64,000 bases of DNA from an uncultured delta proteobacterium (GCA_963753975.1 CAVWEH010000002.1:32001-96000); one strand, 5' to 3'; shown: positions 30,636 through 41,918, numbered from the stretch's first letter. Translations and numbers: made by a program. Notes: generated by a model not told the origin, from the letters alone.

Positions 30636-32225
30636 ATGAGTGAGATAATTTTAGCCGTCAGCGGTGTAATTCTATTCCTCATCGGCATGGTTCATCTTTC
30701 TTCCGCCGTACAGAAATTAATTAATGTCCGCATAAAAGAATACATCAGATATGCAGTAGAAAAACCTTTGTATGGGCTCTTCACGGGAGCGATTTCTACA
30801 ATTATTTTTCAAAGTTCATCCGCCACTACTGCGCTTACGGTTGGCCTGGTGAGCGCAGGATTGATCAGTTTTTATAGTTCTCTGGCCATTATATTGGGAG
30901 CTGATATAGGTACCACCCTGACTGTGCAGTTTGTTATCTGGCGATTCACGGAAATTTCACCACTCTTTATTTCGCTGGGCGGTCTTTTCTGGCTAACCAG
31001 CAGGGGCAGATGGAAGATTATTGGCGAAATGGTTTTTTATTTCGGCCTTATTTTCTTTGGGTTAGATTTAGTGGGTCAAATGGCAGAGCCCTTGAAGAAT
31101 TCTCCGTCCTTTATAAACTTCATTGCCCAAACAAAAAATCCTTTTTTAGGGATTGGACTGGGGGTGATTATTACGGGCATTGTTCATGCTTCCGCTATAC
31201 CTATCAGTATTTTAGTTCTTCTAGCACAGCAGGATTTAGTATCGCTGGAAAATGCTCTGCCTGTAATTCTGGGGGCGAATATCGGCACTACCGTTACGGC
31301 GCTATTGGCCGGAACAGTAGCAACGATGAGCGGTAAAAGAAGCGCGGTATCTCATCTTATCTTCAAATGCGTTGGTGTAGCTGTGTGCTTTATTATTTTG
31401 CCATACTTCGTCGATTTGGTGAAAAGTATTTCTTCCAGTACTCCTCAGCAAATTGCTCTGGCGCATTTTTTATTTAATCTTCTGGTTGTATTTATCTTTA
31501 TTTTTTTACTGCGGCCTTTTACCGGTTTAATGAAAAGACTTTTACCCGGAGAAGAGGAAGCTTTGCCTATATGGCCCGAATTTCTCGATCAAAAAGATTT
31601 AGTGAATACGGAAAAAGCCCTGGACAATGTACAAAAGGAATTAAAAAGAGAGATCACTCTTGTTCAGAAAATGTTTCTGAACAGTATAAATATGATCGAC
31701 TCTTATCAAGAAGGCAGGAAAAGAGACATTTCGTATATCGAGATGGTAGTTAATAATTTACGTACACAAGTAGTTAAATTTCTGTGGAAAATATCAGCTC
31801 AACCTCTCTCAGAAGAACTCTCGAAAAAGCTTTTTGCTTTTACGGCAATAGCTGCCGATATTGAAAGCATAGGCAATCATGTAGTGTTGATAAGCGAGTT
31901 AGCTTCTGAAAAAGCCACAAAAAAAATCGAATATAGCGAATGCGGCGAAAATGAATTGCGAGAAATAATATCGTTAGTAAGTCAGAATCTTGATGATTCA
32001 GTGTTCTTGATTGAAGTATCCGACTATGAAAAAATTAACGGTATTATCAAACGAGAGGAGGAAGTAGATATACAGGTTAAAGAAGCGCGGGACAATCACC
32101 TAATAAGGTTTCATAACCGTCTTTGCCAAGCTGAGGCCGGGCCGATTTTTGTCCAAATGCTCATTCATTTAGAGCGCATTTCCGATCATTGCGAAAATAT
32201 TGCTGAATACATATCGGATATTTAA
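30636..32225 (+). CDS. Na+/Pi cotransporter family protein with C-terminal PhoU-like domains
   Basis: QSSSATT, GADIGTT and GANIGTT repeats; ERISDHCENIAE. Confidence 0.9.
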   Translation: MSEIILAVSGVILFLIGMVHLSSAVQKLINVRIKEYIRYAVEKPLYGLFTGAISTIIFQSSSATTALTVGLVSAGLISFYSSLAIILGADIGTTLTVQFVIWRFTEISPLFISLGGLFWLTSRGRWKIIGEMVFYFGLIFFGLDLVGQMAEPLKNSPSFINFIAQTKNPFLGIGLGVIITGIVHASAIPISILVLLAQQDLVSLENALPVILGANIGTTVTALLAGTVATMSGKRSAVSHLIFKCVGVAVCFIILPYFVDLVKSISSSTPQQIALAHFLFNLLVVFIFIFLLRPFTGLMKRLLPGEEEALPIWPEFLDQKDLVNTEKALDNVQKELKREITLVQKMFLNSINMIDSYQEGRKRDISYIEMVVNNLRTQVVKFLWKISAQPLSEELSKKLFAFTAIAADIESIGNHVVLISELASEKATKKIEYSECGENELREIISLVSQNLDDSVFLIEVSDYEKINGIIKREEEVDIQVKEARDNHLIRFHNRLCQAEAGPIFVQMLIHLERISDHCENIAEYISDI

Positions 32226-32334
32226 AAAAATACGTATAATAAATATTGCCCTGAATAATAATATATCATATACTTAAAAACCATTTAAAAAATTCCGGCC
32301 GGATGCTCCAATATGCTCTTTAAGGAGGCATTAG

Positions 32335-32853
32335 ATGAATAAAAGGATGAATGCTTTGAAGTTTGCCCTGGAAAATGAACAAAAAGAGCGCGAATTTTAC
32401 CTGGCCAATGCCCGCAGAACGAAAAATATGGCCGGAAAAAATATGTTCAAGCAAATTGCCGATGAAGAAAAGGAACATTACGAAGTCTTAAAAAAATTAA
32501 ATGAAAAATGGCAACAGCAAAAAAAATGGCCGGCAACGGTTCCATTGAAAGTAAGAAAATCTTTAGCCGGTAGTATATTAAAAGCTATGGCAGGTAAAAA
32601 GGCGGCGCGCATTGCCGGCAATGAAGACGACCTCAAGGCCATTCGCACAGCGATTGATTTTGAAGCAAGGGGTGTTGCTCTTTATACAAAATTGGAGAAG
32701 GAAAGCGCCGATCTTAAAGAGAAAGCATTCTTTAATTTAATAGCGAGCGTTGAGCGTGATCATCTCCTTTCTCTGCGCGATACCGAAGAATTCCTGACTG
32801 ATCCGGCCACTTGGTATCAAAATGTAGAGAAACCCGCTTTAGATGGCGCTTAA
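32335..32853 (+). CDS. Ferritin-like (rubrerythrin-family) protein
   Basis: Paired E..E...FY and E..H diiron motifs (EEKEH, ERDH). Confidence 0.8.
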   Translation: MNKRMNALKFALENEQKEREFYLANARRTKNMAGKNMFKQIADEEKEHYEVLKKLNEKWQQQKKWPATVPLKVRKSLAGSILKAMAGKKAARIAGNEDDLKAIRTAIDFEARGVALYTKLEKESADLKEKAFFNLIASVERDHLLSLRDTEEFLTDPATWYQNVEKPALDGA

Positions 32854-32868
32854 GATAAATACGGGACG

Positions 32869-34851
32869 TTATTTTTCGCTCATAATTGCAGCATCGCCAT
32901 TGCCTGCGGCCAGTTTCTCTAATTTGTAATTCAGTTCCGTCCAGATACTATAGCTATGCTCCAATTCTGAAGTAATATCTTTCAATTCCATATTGAGCTT
33001 CTTAATTTTGGATGAATCTTTGTGTGTCTGCGGATCACATAAGACGGATTCGTGTTCGGCTTTTCTGGCTTCCAGCGCCTGAATCTTTTCTTCTATAGAG
33101 GCCAGGTCTTTTTTCCAGACACTCTTAATCTGGAAACTTTTGTTTCTTTCCTCCGCCTCGAACCTCTTCTTCTCCTTGGTTTTGAATGCTTGTTCTTTGG
33201 TCACCGTACTTTTCAAAGGATTGTCTTTTTCAGATTCAATTGTCGTCTGGCTGCGTTTTTCTATGAAATATGAATAATTGCCGAGGTAATAATTAATTGA
33301 TCCATCTTTCAATTCAAAAATTTTATTGACCAGCCGATCTAAAAAATAACGATCGTGTGAAACGATGGCTACGGTTCCGTGATAGTTAATCAGAGCTTCT
33401 TGAAAAATATCCTTAGTTATGGAGTCGAGGTGATTAGTCGGTTCGTCCAGAATGAGAAAGTTCGTATCCAGAAGCATAATTTTTAAAAGTGAAAGGCGCG
33501 ATTTTTCGCCGCCGGAAAGTATCGAAACCGGCTTGTAAATATCATCACCGGAAAAAAGAAAAGCGCCAAGAAGATTACGTTTCTCTTGATCGCTGGCTTT
33601 TGTAGCGACGGTGCTGATCTCTTCCCATATTGTTTTTTTATAATTCAAATTTTCCGAGCTTTCTTGAGAGTAGAAGGCGGCATTCACGTTGTCTCCGTAT
33701 TTTATTTCTCCTGATGCAGGTTGTTCCGTTAGACTCAGTAATCTCGATAAGGTAGACTTGCCGGAGCCGTTGACACCAACAAAGGCCACTTTCTCTGCCC
33801 GGTATAAGGTGAAATTTAAGTCACGAAAAACGTTCAGATTGCTGTAGTTATGGCCGAGATTAATCGCCTTGACGACCTCTTTGGCGCTTTTTTTACCTTC
33901 CGGAAATTTCATAGTTATTTTTTTTTCTTTTGGTTCCTGTGTTATAGCTTCAAATTTTTCGAGCATTTTGACGCGGCTTTGCACTTGGCTTGCTTTTGTT
34001 GCTTTGTAGCGGAATCGTTCCACAAATTCTTCGATTTTTTTGATTTGCGCTTTTTGCAGTTCCATTTCTTTTTTTAAGGCGGCGTGCCTTCTTTCTTTTT
34101 CCTTCAAATAATAGGAATAGTTGCCCTTGTAAATATGGATATGGCGGGAGGAAAGCTCGGCGATCTGAGTCGCTATTTTATCTAGAAAGAAACGGTCATG
34201 GGAGATAACAATTATGGTTCCGGGATAGTTTTTCAGATAACTCTCCAGCCATTCCATACTTTCCGTGTCGAGATGGTTGGTCGGTTCGTCCAGAAGCATT
34301 ATTTGCGGTTGCGCCAACAGAATTGAAGTAAGCAGAATGCGCATTTTCCAGCCGCCGGAAAATAACTCACAGTTTTTGGCAAAGTCGTTTTCGCGAAATC
34401 CGAAGCCCTTGAGAACTTGTTTTGCTCTGGCTTCGAAAGCGTAACCGTCACGGGAATTGTAAATGGCTACTGCGTCGGCATAAGCTTTGCTGAGGAGACC
34501 GTAATCGGAAGTATTGTGTTTGACCTGTGATATTTGATGTTCTAAATTTTTGATGGATTCCTCCAGAGCAGTCATGCCGCTTTTTTCTTTAAGAAATTCC
34601 AGTAGATTGATCGATTCCAATTCGATTGTCTCTTGCGGCAAATAGCCGATGGCAGTTAGCTTCCTGTCGGGAATATCGATAAAACCGGAGTCCAGATGCA
34701 CTTCCCCCAGCATGGCCCGAAACAAAGTAGTTTTTCCCACGCCGTTATTACCGATCAAGCCGATCCGGCTCTTGGGACGGATTGTCCAGTTGATATTGTC
34801 GAAAAGTATTTTATCTAAAAAAGATAAGCTGGCATTACGGAAATAGATCAC
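32869..34851 (-). CDS. ABC-F family ATPase
   Basis: Two ABC domains (GNNGVGKT/FSGGW/DEPTNHLD; GVNGSGKS/LSGGE/DEPTNHLD) and a C-terminal coiled coil. GTG 34851 has an SD and is preferred as start. Confidence 0.92.
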   Translation of the reverse strand: MIYFRNASLSFLDKILFDNINWTIRPKSRIGLIGNNGVGKTTLFRAMLGEVHLDSGFIDIPDRKLTAIGYLPQETIELESINLLEFLKEKSGMTALEESIKNLEHQISQVKHNTSDYGLLSKAYADAVAIYNSRDGYAFEARAKQVLKGFGFRENDFAKNCELFSGGWKMRILLTSILLAQPQIMLLDEPTNHLDTESMEWLESYLKNYPGTIIVISHDRFFLDKIATQIAELSSRHIHIYKGNYSYYLKEKERRHAALKKEMELQKAQIKKIEEFVERFRYKATKASQVQSRVKMLEKFEAITQEPKEKKITMKFPEGKKSAKEVVKAINLGHNYSNLNVFRDLNFTLYRAEKVAFVGVNGSGKSTLSRLLSLTEQPASGEIKYGDNVNAAFYSQESSENLNYKKTIWEEISTVATKASDQEKRNLLGAFLFSGDDIYKPVSILSGGEKSRLSLLKIMLLDTNFLILDEPTNHLDSITKDIFQEALINYHGTVAIVSHDRYFLDRLVNKIFELKDGSINYYLGNYSYFIEKRSQTTIESEKDNPLKSTVTKEQAFKTKEKKRFEAEERNKSFQIKSVWKKDLASIEEKIQALEARKAEHESVLCDPQTHKDSSKIKKLNMELKDITSELEHSYSIWTELNYKLEKLAAGNGDAAIMSEK

Positions 34852-34913
34852 TTGCAGTTTTCCTTCATGAATCCACGCTTCTATAGAAAAAATCTTCAGA
34901 GCTGTCAATTGAT

Positions 34914-34988
34914 TAGTGAGCCTCAAATTTCAAAACGGAGTGCATTGAAATTTGTAAATCGAACTATCCCGTGTAAGCAGGGATAATA
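34914..34988 (-). repeat. Family R1 repeat
   Basis: Reverse complement tattatccctgcttacacgggatagttcgatttacaaatttcaa-tgcactccgtt-ttgaaatttgaggctcacta matches 17430-17508. Confidence 0.8.
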
Positions 34989-35031
34989 TCCAAATGAGCG
35001 ATGGCTCTGATTAGTAGAAATCCTTGAAGGA

Positions 35032-36352
35032 TTATTTCTTTTTACGAAAGATAAATTTCAGAGGAACGTTTTCAAAGCCCAAAGCCGAGCGAATTTGATT
35101 CATCAGATAACGCTCATAGGAAAAATGAATGCCTTTGGCATTGCTGACAAAGAAGACAAACGTGGGCGGCTTAACGTTAGTCTGAGCAGCGTAGTAAATA
35201 TGCACCTGCTTATTCTGGTAGCGCGGCAGAGGATTTTTGCGCACTGATTTTTCCAGCAGGGAATTTAAAGGAGATGTGTCGATTCTTTTGGTATACTGCC
35301 GGTAGACATCCTCGATCAGAGCGAAAATCTTGGGCGCCCGCTGTCCGGTAATTGCGGATATGAAAAGGATGGGCGCGAAGTCCATGAATTTGATTTTATC
35401 TTTAATATCCTCGACAAATTTGCCCACGGTAGAGTTATCTTTCTTGATTTTGTCCCACTTATTAATGATGATAATGCAGGCCTTGCCGCGCTCGTAGGCA
35501 ATACCCGTAATCTTTGCATCCTGTTCGGTCATGCCTTCTTCGGCGTCGATCATAACGAGCGCTATGTTGCAGCGGTTGATGGATTTCAGCGCCTGGATGA
35601 CGCTGTATTTTTCCAGCGTCAGGCTGATCTTATTTTTTTTGCGGATTCCCGCAGTGTCGATCAAAAGATAACTTTTACCGTGTACTTTCACTGTAGTGTC
35701 GACGGCATCGCGGGTTGTGCCCGGCTCTGGATTGGCAATGCTCCTTTGCCTGCCGCAAATTAGGTTGATCAGAGATGATTTGCCGACATTGGGTTTGCCG
35801 ACGATGGCAACTTTTATTTGATCATCGTGTTCATCTCTGCTGTCTTTTACGGAAGGGAAGTCTCTGGTGATGACGGACATAAGTTCGTCAACGCCTAAAC
35901 CATGCTGTGCAGAAATAGGGTAGAGTTGATCTGACACCAAGGCGGTAGAACTCCGTCAGCATTTCCTTATGCCGGTCACCGTCAATTTTATTGACGACAT
36001 AGAAAGCATTCTTATCCTTACCGCGCAGTTGTTTGGCAATTTCAATGTCTGATGGGGTGAGCCCGTCTTTACCATCCATCAAGAAAATGATTACGTCTGC
36101 TTCTTCGATGGCGAGATTAGTCTGCTCGCGCATTTGTACCAGAATTATTTCTTCCGCGGCAGGTTCGAATCCGCCGGTATCAATGAGCGTAAAAGCTTTA
36201 TTGTCCCAGACGCAGTCCATGTAGTTGCGGTCCCGGGTGGCACCGGGCTCGTCAATGACAATAGCCTTCTGCTTGCCGACAATCCTGTTAAAAAGAGTTG
36301 ATTTGCCCACATTGGGACGCCCAACTATGGCTATTACTGGTTTTACCTGCAT
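35032..36352 (-). CDS. der: Ribosome biogenesis GTPase Der/EngA (1-nt frameshift near 35935)
   Basis: Two GTPase domains (GRPNVGKS, GKPNVGKS) and a KH-like C-terminus. Removing one base joins FYRLGV to DQLYPISAQHG. Confidence 0.92.
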
Positions 36353-36389
36353 TAAATATTATATCCTTAATATTTGTTAGGAGCGTTCT

Positions 36390-37280
36390 CTATGGTTTTA
36401 ATATGCCAAATTCCTGCAGCATCTTATCGGAGCTTGTCCAGTTTTTCTTTACCCGTACGTAAAGTTCCAGAAAAACCCTGGCATTAAAGAATTTTTCCAT
36501 TTCCAGTCGGGCTTGCGTGCCGATTTTTCTGAGCATCTCGCCTTTTTTCCCAATAATGATTGCCTTCTGTGATTCTTTCTCTATAGTAATTGTGGCAGAG
36601 ATGCTGATCAGATTTTTCGCTTTATCTTCCTTGAATACATCCACGATAACAGCGCTCGCATAAGGAACTTCCTGTTTAGTTAAAAGTAGTATTTTCTCGC
36701 GGATGAATTCGGCGGCGATAAATCTTTCTGTGGCATCAGTCGCAATATCTTCGGGGTAATATTGCGGCCCTTCCGGCAAGATTGTTTTTATCGCTTCCAA
36801 TAAATCATCAATCCCGTCTCCTTTTAATGCCGAAATCGGAAAAATATCCCGGTAATTGTAAAGAGTGCGGAATTTATCAATCAGCGGCAGAAGATATTTA
36901 TTTTCAAAAAGATCTATCTTATTTATTACCAGAAAAACGGGAACTTGAATGTGCGCCAGATATGCAATCAAAAAAAGATCATGGTGATGAACATCTGCAC
37001 CGGCTTCGGTAAGCATCAGCAAAATATCCGCATCATGGATGGTATCGCGTGCCGTTTGCACCATCGCCCGGTTCAACGGCGTTTTTGGTCTGTGCATACC
37101 GGGAGTGTCCAAAAAAATAAGCTGAGCATCGGGTAAATTTTTAATGCCGGTAATTTTGTTTCTTGTTGTCTGCGGCTTATCGGTGATGATGGAAATATTT
37201 TCACCGACGATAGCATTGAACAGTGTTGATTTACCGACATTGGGACGGCCGATAATGCCTATAAAACCGGATTTAAACAC
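36390..37280 (-). CDS. era: GTPase Era
   Basis: GRPNVGKST, PQTTR, DTPG, NKID, IIGKKG KH motif. Confidence 0.96.
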   Translation of the reverse strand: MFKSGFIGIIGRPNVGKSTLFNAIVGENISIITDKPQTTRNKITGIKNLPDAQLIFLDTPGMHRPKTPLNRAMVQTARDTIHDADILLMLTEAGADVHHHDLFLIAYLAHIQVPVFLVINKIDLFENKYLLPLIDKFRTLYNYRDIFPISALKGDGIDDLLEAIKTILPEGPQYYPEDIATDATERFIAAEFIREKILLLTKQEVPYASAVIVDVFKEDKAKNLISISATITIEKESQKAIIIGKKGEMLRKIGTQARLEMEKFFNARVFLELYVRVKKNWTSSDKMLQEFGILKP

Positions 37281-37311
37281 TCTGCTGTAATTCTCCTTTA
37301 AGAGACTTTAT

Positions 37312-38391
37312 TTATAATATTCCCGAAATGCTGGTGGAGACAAGTTTTCCTTTATTACCAGCGACTGAAATTACACCGGGTTTTTGCCGGGCAAGTGATT
37401 CTATAACTATCTTTGTTCGGGGATAAAGGTTTTTTATTGCGGATAGATTGGCATTGTGCAAGCCGCGAAAACTGGAAACATCATGATCAGACAAATGGAA
37501 GCGAATTTCCGGAGTCTCATGAGGAATATTATCCAATAGTTTGATTGTGCGATTGTAAAAAACAGAAGAAAGAACAAGGCTGCCTAGGGAAGGATGAATA
37601 GGTCCCGCCAATACTGCACGCTCGTTTTCCATTTCCTTGGTCATATGCAGGCCGATTCTGATGATGCGGATTCCCGCCGCGGAAAGCTTTTCCCAAGCAA
37701 GGCTGATTAATTCTACGGCTGCGGAGAGTTCCAGCGGCTGATATTTTCCTTGCCGGAATTCTTCGGCAAGGATAGTGTCGGCAAAAACGATTACGGGATG
37801 AATGCGTACCATGTCTGGTTTCAACTCTATTGTTTTGTCCAGGGAATAAATAAATCGTTCCTTTGTGTCCTGCGGCAGCCCGACCATCAAATGCAAAGAG
37901 GTGCGAAAATCGTAATCTTGCAAAAGCATCGTCGCGTTTGATATAGCTCTCGCGTCATGGCCTCTTTGGGAAAATTTCAGCACTTCGTCGCTGAATGATT
38001 GTGCTCCAATTTCTACCGTAGTAACGTCATTCTCTTTGAGAAAAATCAAATTATCGCGGGTTATATAATCCGGGCGGGTCGAGATTCTAACGGAATTAAC
38101 AAGGCCGGCCTGAATGTATGAATTAGCCCAGGAGAGAAGCTCCTTTTGATAAACAGGATCAAGTCCCGTAAAGTTTCCGCCATAGAAAGCGATCTCCACG
38201 GGTCGTTTTTTGTCTTTATTCCATTTCAGGTAAGATTCAACTTCAGCTTTAAAAATATTTTTTGTAAGTTCCGGTGGATAGTTTCCGGCAGATATTTTTT
38301 GGTTGCAAAAAATACAGCGATGCGGGCAGCCTTTGTTCATAATAAAAACAGGAATAATCAATGGTTTGCCTTTATTGTCACTTATTTTCAT
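37312..38391 (-). CDS. Radical SAM protein (Elp3/YhcC-like)
   Basis: GCPHRCIFCNQ, AFYGG.FT, RISTRPD, EIGAQS, LMVGLP; sits between rnc and era. Confidence 0.82.
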   Translation of the reverse strand: MKISDNKGKPLIIPVFIMNKGCPHRCIFCNQKISAGNYPPELTKNIFKAEVESYLKWNKDKKRPVEIAFYGGNFTGLDPVYQKELLSWANSYIQAGLVNSVRISTRPDYITRDNLIFLKENDVTTVEIGAQSFSDEVLKFSQRGHDARAISNATMLLQDYDFRTSLHLMVGLPQDTKERFIYSLDKTIELKPDMVRIHPVIVFADTILAEEFRQGKYQPLELSAAVELISLAWEKLSAAGIRIIRIGLHMTKEMENERAVLAGPIHPSLGSLVLSSVFYNRTIKLLDNIPHETPEIRFHLSDHDVSSFRGLHNANLSAIKNLYPRTKIVIESLARQKPGVISVAGNKGKLVSTSISGIL

Positions 38392-39106
38392 TTTGCAATA
38401 CTTCCCATGCCTTTTGAGCCGCTTGTTTTTCAGCATCTTTTTTGTTTTTACCGCTGCCAATTTGCACTGTTTTATCGGTAATTGCTACCCGGACTTCGAA
38501 AGTTCTCGCATGTTCCGGTCCTTGAGAGTCAATAAGTGTATAAGTCGGCGTTATTTTATATTTTTTTTGGCAAAGTTCCTGCAAAGCAGTTTTATAGTCA
38601 AAGTATTTAGAGGTTATACTATCATTTTTCAACCATGGTTCGATTAACTTATTCACAACATTTTCAGCTTTGTTAAAATTGGAATCAAGATATATGCTGG
38701 CGATAACTGCTTCTAAGGCATTAGCCAAAAGAGAATCCTTGACGCGGCCGCCGGAAATTTCTTCTCCATGCCCGAGTAAAAGACAATCGCCGATTTTTAA
38801 ATCGAGCGCCATCCGGGCTAACACTTTTTCATTGATCAAACCCGCGCGGATTTTGGAAAGAGCACCTTCGGAAAAACCGCCATATTTTTTGATGAGCAGG
38901 TTGCTCACGCAAAGCCCCAAAACAGCGTCGCCGAGGAATTCGAATCTTTCATTATCGGAAACAGAAAGGTGCGGATTTTCGTTGACATAAGAACGGTGGG
39001 TGAGGGCGATCAAAAGAAGAGAAATATCGTGAAAACGATATTTAAGTTTTTTTGCCAAAACATTTAAAATAGCCAGCCTTTTTTTATCCAGCAACGATTT
39101 TTCCAT
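38378..39106 (-). CDS. rnc: Ribonuclease III
   Basis: ALTHRS, NERFEFLGDAVL, C-terminal dsRBD. Confidence 0.96.
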   Translation of the reverse strand: MEKSLLDKKRLAILNVLAKKLKYRFHDISLLLIALTHRSYVNENPHLSVSDNERFEFLGDAVLGLCVSNLLIKKYGGFSEGALSKIRAGLINEKVLARMALDLKIGDCLLLGHGEEISGGRVKDSLLANALEAVIASIYLDSNFNKAENVVNKLIEPWLKNDSITSKYFDYKTALQELCQKKYKITPTYTLIDSQGPEHARTFEVRVAITDKTVQIGSGKNKKDAEKQAAQKAWEVLQNENK

Positions 39107-40406
39107 AAAGTTTCCCATCTTGATATTCTTTCGCTTCAATCTTTACGATCATGCCCGCTATGGAAGGATCGTTGTTTTCCAGCAAGACCGGCAAATAATT
39201 ATTCGAAAAACCTTTCATTAAGCCCGTTCCTTTATCTTTTGTTTTTTCCACCAACACATCAAGTTTTTTCCCCAGAAAGCGCAAAGCAAATTCTTCCCTC
39301 TTGTTTAAACTCAGATTTCTGAGAAGTGCGGCGCGTTCCTTTTTTATGTTTTCCGGCACCTGGGGATGGAGCTTTTGTGCCGCTGTTCCCGGTCTTTCAG
39401 AATAGGGAAAAACATGCAGATAAGCAACCGGCAAATCCTGCAGTAATTTGAAAGTATTATTAAATTCAGCATCGCCTTCTCCCGGGAAGCCGACCATAAC
39501 ATCAACGCCAATGGCTAAATTACTTAAAACTGTTGAAATTTTTTCTATGAGCATACGGTAAAAGTAAGAATCGTAATTTCGTTTCATCAACTCGAGAATT
39601 TTATCATCGCCGCTTTGCAGAGGAATATGCAAATGCGGACAAAGAATATCTTCTTTATTCAAAAGATGCAACAACTCGTCCGTGATCTCACGCGGTTCTA
39701 TCGAACTCAAACGAAATCTCACGTCTTTGCGGCAATTAATTATTTGACGTAAAATACCGGTAAGGTTCGCGGGAGGATTAAGATCATATCCATAAGCTCC
39801 CAAATGGATGCCGGTAAGCACAATTTCCCTGTAGCCATTTTGTGTAAATCTATTTACTGCTTCCAAAACCTTTTCCGGGGGCAAACTGCGGCTTTTGCCA
39901 CGGGCAAAAGGGACAATACAATAACTGCAGAAGGCATTACAGCCATCTTGAATTTTTAGAAAAGCTCTTGTTCGCCCGGAAAAATTGCTAAGCGGCATTT
40001 CGCAAAAATATTTTTGCTGAAAAATATCATCGGACAGAGCGCCTCTGGAATTAATGGCGCCCTTCCGGAGAAATGAGGGAATGGCATGTTTTTGATCATT
40101 GCTGACGACAAGATTTACTCCAGGGAGAGCCGCGATGTCTGCGGCGGCAACCTGGGCATAACAACCGGTGACGATAATTTTTGCCGCAGGATTGGCGCGC
40201 TTGGCCCGACGGATCAACTGGCGAGCTTGAAAATCGGAAAAAGCCGTCACGGTGCAGGTATTGATAATGTAAATATCGGCCGGAGATCGGAAAGAAACCA
40301 AAGAAAAGCCTTTCTGGAGCAAGTCTTCGGCCAGCGCCGCCGATTCATATTGATTGACTTTGCAGCCCATGGTAGCCAGCGCTATTTTTTCTTTATTTGA
40401 TTTCAT
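39084..40406 (-). CDS. mtaB: tRNA t6A37 methylthiotransferase MtaB
   Basis: GCKVNQYES, INTCTVT, KIQDGCNAFCSYC, LTGIHLG, HVFPYS.RPGT. Confidence 0.92.
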   Translation of the reverse strand: MKSNKEKIALATMGCKVNQYESAALAEDLLQKGFSLVSFRSPADIYIINTCTVTAFSDFQARQLIRRAKRANPAAKIIVTGCYAQVAAADIAALPGVNLVVSNDQKHAIPSFLRKGAINSRGALSDDIFQQKYFCEMPLSNFSGRTRAFLKIQDGCNAFCSYCIVPFARGKSRSLPPEKVLEAVNRFTQNGYREIVLTGIHLGAYGYDLNPPANLTGILRQIINCRKDVRFRLSSIEPREITDELLHLLNKEDILCPHLHIPLQSGDDKILELMKRNYDSYFYRMLIEKISTVLSNLAIGVDVMVGFPGEGDAEFNNTFKLLQDLPVAYLHVFPYSERPGTAAQKLHPQVPENIKKERAALLRNLSLNKREEFALRFLGKKLDVLVEKTKDKGTGLMKGFSNNYLPVLLENNDPSIAGMIVKIEAKEYQDGKLYGKIVAG

Positions 40407-40626
40407 ATCTAATCGGTATCCCAGTTAAAAATTAATAGTCTTTGGCCGGTATCGGTAATATATAAATAATCTTGCCTCTGGTAAGCATTGGAATTGTCTT
40501 GAAAAAATCATTGATAATCAGCTGAAATCTAGTCAGAAGGGCAGGGTTTGTCAAGTTTAAATAATAATGGATTTCACAATAAAAATAAGATAAATTTATG
40601 TAAAAGGGGAAAGGGGTTTTTAAATT

Positions 40627-40977
40627 ATGGATGCAATCACAGGTTATATAGCAGAGCACCCGGCAATGCTTATAATGATTATCGTTTTTGTCATCATATT
40701 TATTCTATATTTTATTTTAAAGAAATTAGTCAAATTAACTTTGCTTGTTTTGTTTATTTTGTTGGTGGTTGCCGGTTACTACTATTTTAAAGATCCAAGT
40801 AAAACGCTGGAAAAAATTAAAGCCACAGTCGACACGGTAAATGCCGGCATTAATGAAGTAGCGGATAAAAGCAAAAACTTCTATAAGGACACGAAAGCTT
40901 TATATGAAAAGAGCAAAGAAGTTCCCGGCGATATGAATAAATTGCTTAAAGATTCCGACGAAAAAGCAGGAAAATAA
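40627..40977 (+). CDS. Hypothetical membrane protein
   Basis: Two N-terminal hydrophobic helices and a charged helical tail. Confidence 0.7.
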   Translation: MDAITGYIAEHPAMLIMIIVFVIIFILYFILKKLVKLTLLVLFILLVVAGYYYFKDPSKTLEKIKATVDTVNAGINEVADKSKNFYKDTKALYEKSKEVPGDMNKLLKDSDEKAGK

Positions 40978-41003
40978 CAGTTTACTTTTTTCAGTTCTAT
41001 AAA

Positions 41004-41918
41004 ATGTCTAGCTTCTCAAAGATAATTAGCTGGCGGTCTCTATTTTTACTAGCTGTCTTAATTATCTTGGCGGCAATTTTTTTACGGACGCCCAGTCCCT
41101 GTCAGGAGCCGTTGACTTACCGTATTGGCAATGTGGATGAAAGATTTGGTCTTACCCGGCAAGAATTCGCTATTGCTGCGGATATGGCTGCGGCAATGTG
41201 GGGGAAACCACTTTCGCATGAACTATTTCGGGAAGATCATAACGGCACGATCGAGATTAACCTTGTTTACGACTACCGGCAAGAAGCGACGGATAATTTA
41301 AAAAAACTCAACTTCAAAGTTAAGAATACTAAAGACTCTTATGGAGAATTAAAAAGCCGTTGGCAAAGCCTGAAATCGGAATACGAGCAGAAAAATGCAG
41401 CCCTTAAAGCAAGTTTTAGCGCCTACAATACACGGGTTGATTCTTTTAATGCGGAAAATAAATCCTGGAGCCGGCGCGGCGGTGTTCCCGAAAGTGTATA
41501 TAAAAGGTTAATCTCGGAAAAAAATGATTTAAATTCTTTGCGTGAAAATCTGCAAGCTCAACAGGATGAACTCAAAAAGCTGACTGATACCATCAATAAT
41601 CTGGTGATTGTCATCAATGAAATTGCCGCAAACTATAATCTGGATTTGGTTAATTATCAAAATACGGGAAATATACTGGGGCATGAATTTTGTGAAGGCT
41701 TTTACGAATATAAAGACGGCAAGCAATCGATTACTATATATCAGTTTGATAACGACTACCGGCTGGTACGTGTGCTCGCCCACGAATTTGGTCATGCTTT
41801 AGGATTAAAGCACAGCGAAGATCAAAAAGCGGTTATGTATCGGCTAATCCAATCGGATACAATCGAACTTTCGGCGGATGATATAAACAGCCTCAAAGCG
41901 CGCTGCAATATTCATTGA
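41004..41918 (+). CDS. Matrixin-family zinc metalloprotease with coiled-coil insertion
   Basis: HEFGHALGLKH zinc motif and Met-turn AVMY; N-terminal anchor; long heptad-rich middle. Confidence 0.85.
   Translation: MSSFSKIISWRSLFLLAVLIILAAIFLRTPSPCQEPLTYRIGNVDERFGLTRQEFAIAADMAAAMWGKPLSHELFREDHNGTIEINLVYDYRQEATDNLKKLNFKVKNTKDSYGELKSRWQSLKSEYEQKNAALKASFSAYNTRVDSFNAENKSWSRRGGVPESVYKRLISEKNDLNSLRENLQAQQDELKKLTDTINNLVIVINEIAANYNLDLVNYQNTGNILGHEFCEGFYEYKDGKQSITIYQFDNDYRLVRVLAHEFGHALGLKHSEDQKAVMYRLIQSDTIELSADDINSLKARCNIH

Noticed and set aside
36155..36180. GGTTCGAATCC as a tRNA T-arm
   Set aside because: It lies inside der coding sequence (GGFEP on the minus strand) and no cloverleaf forms.
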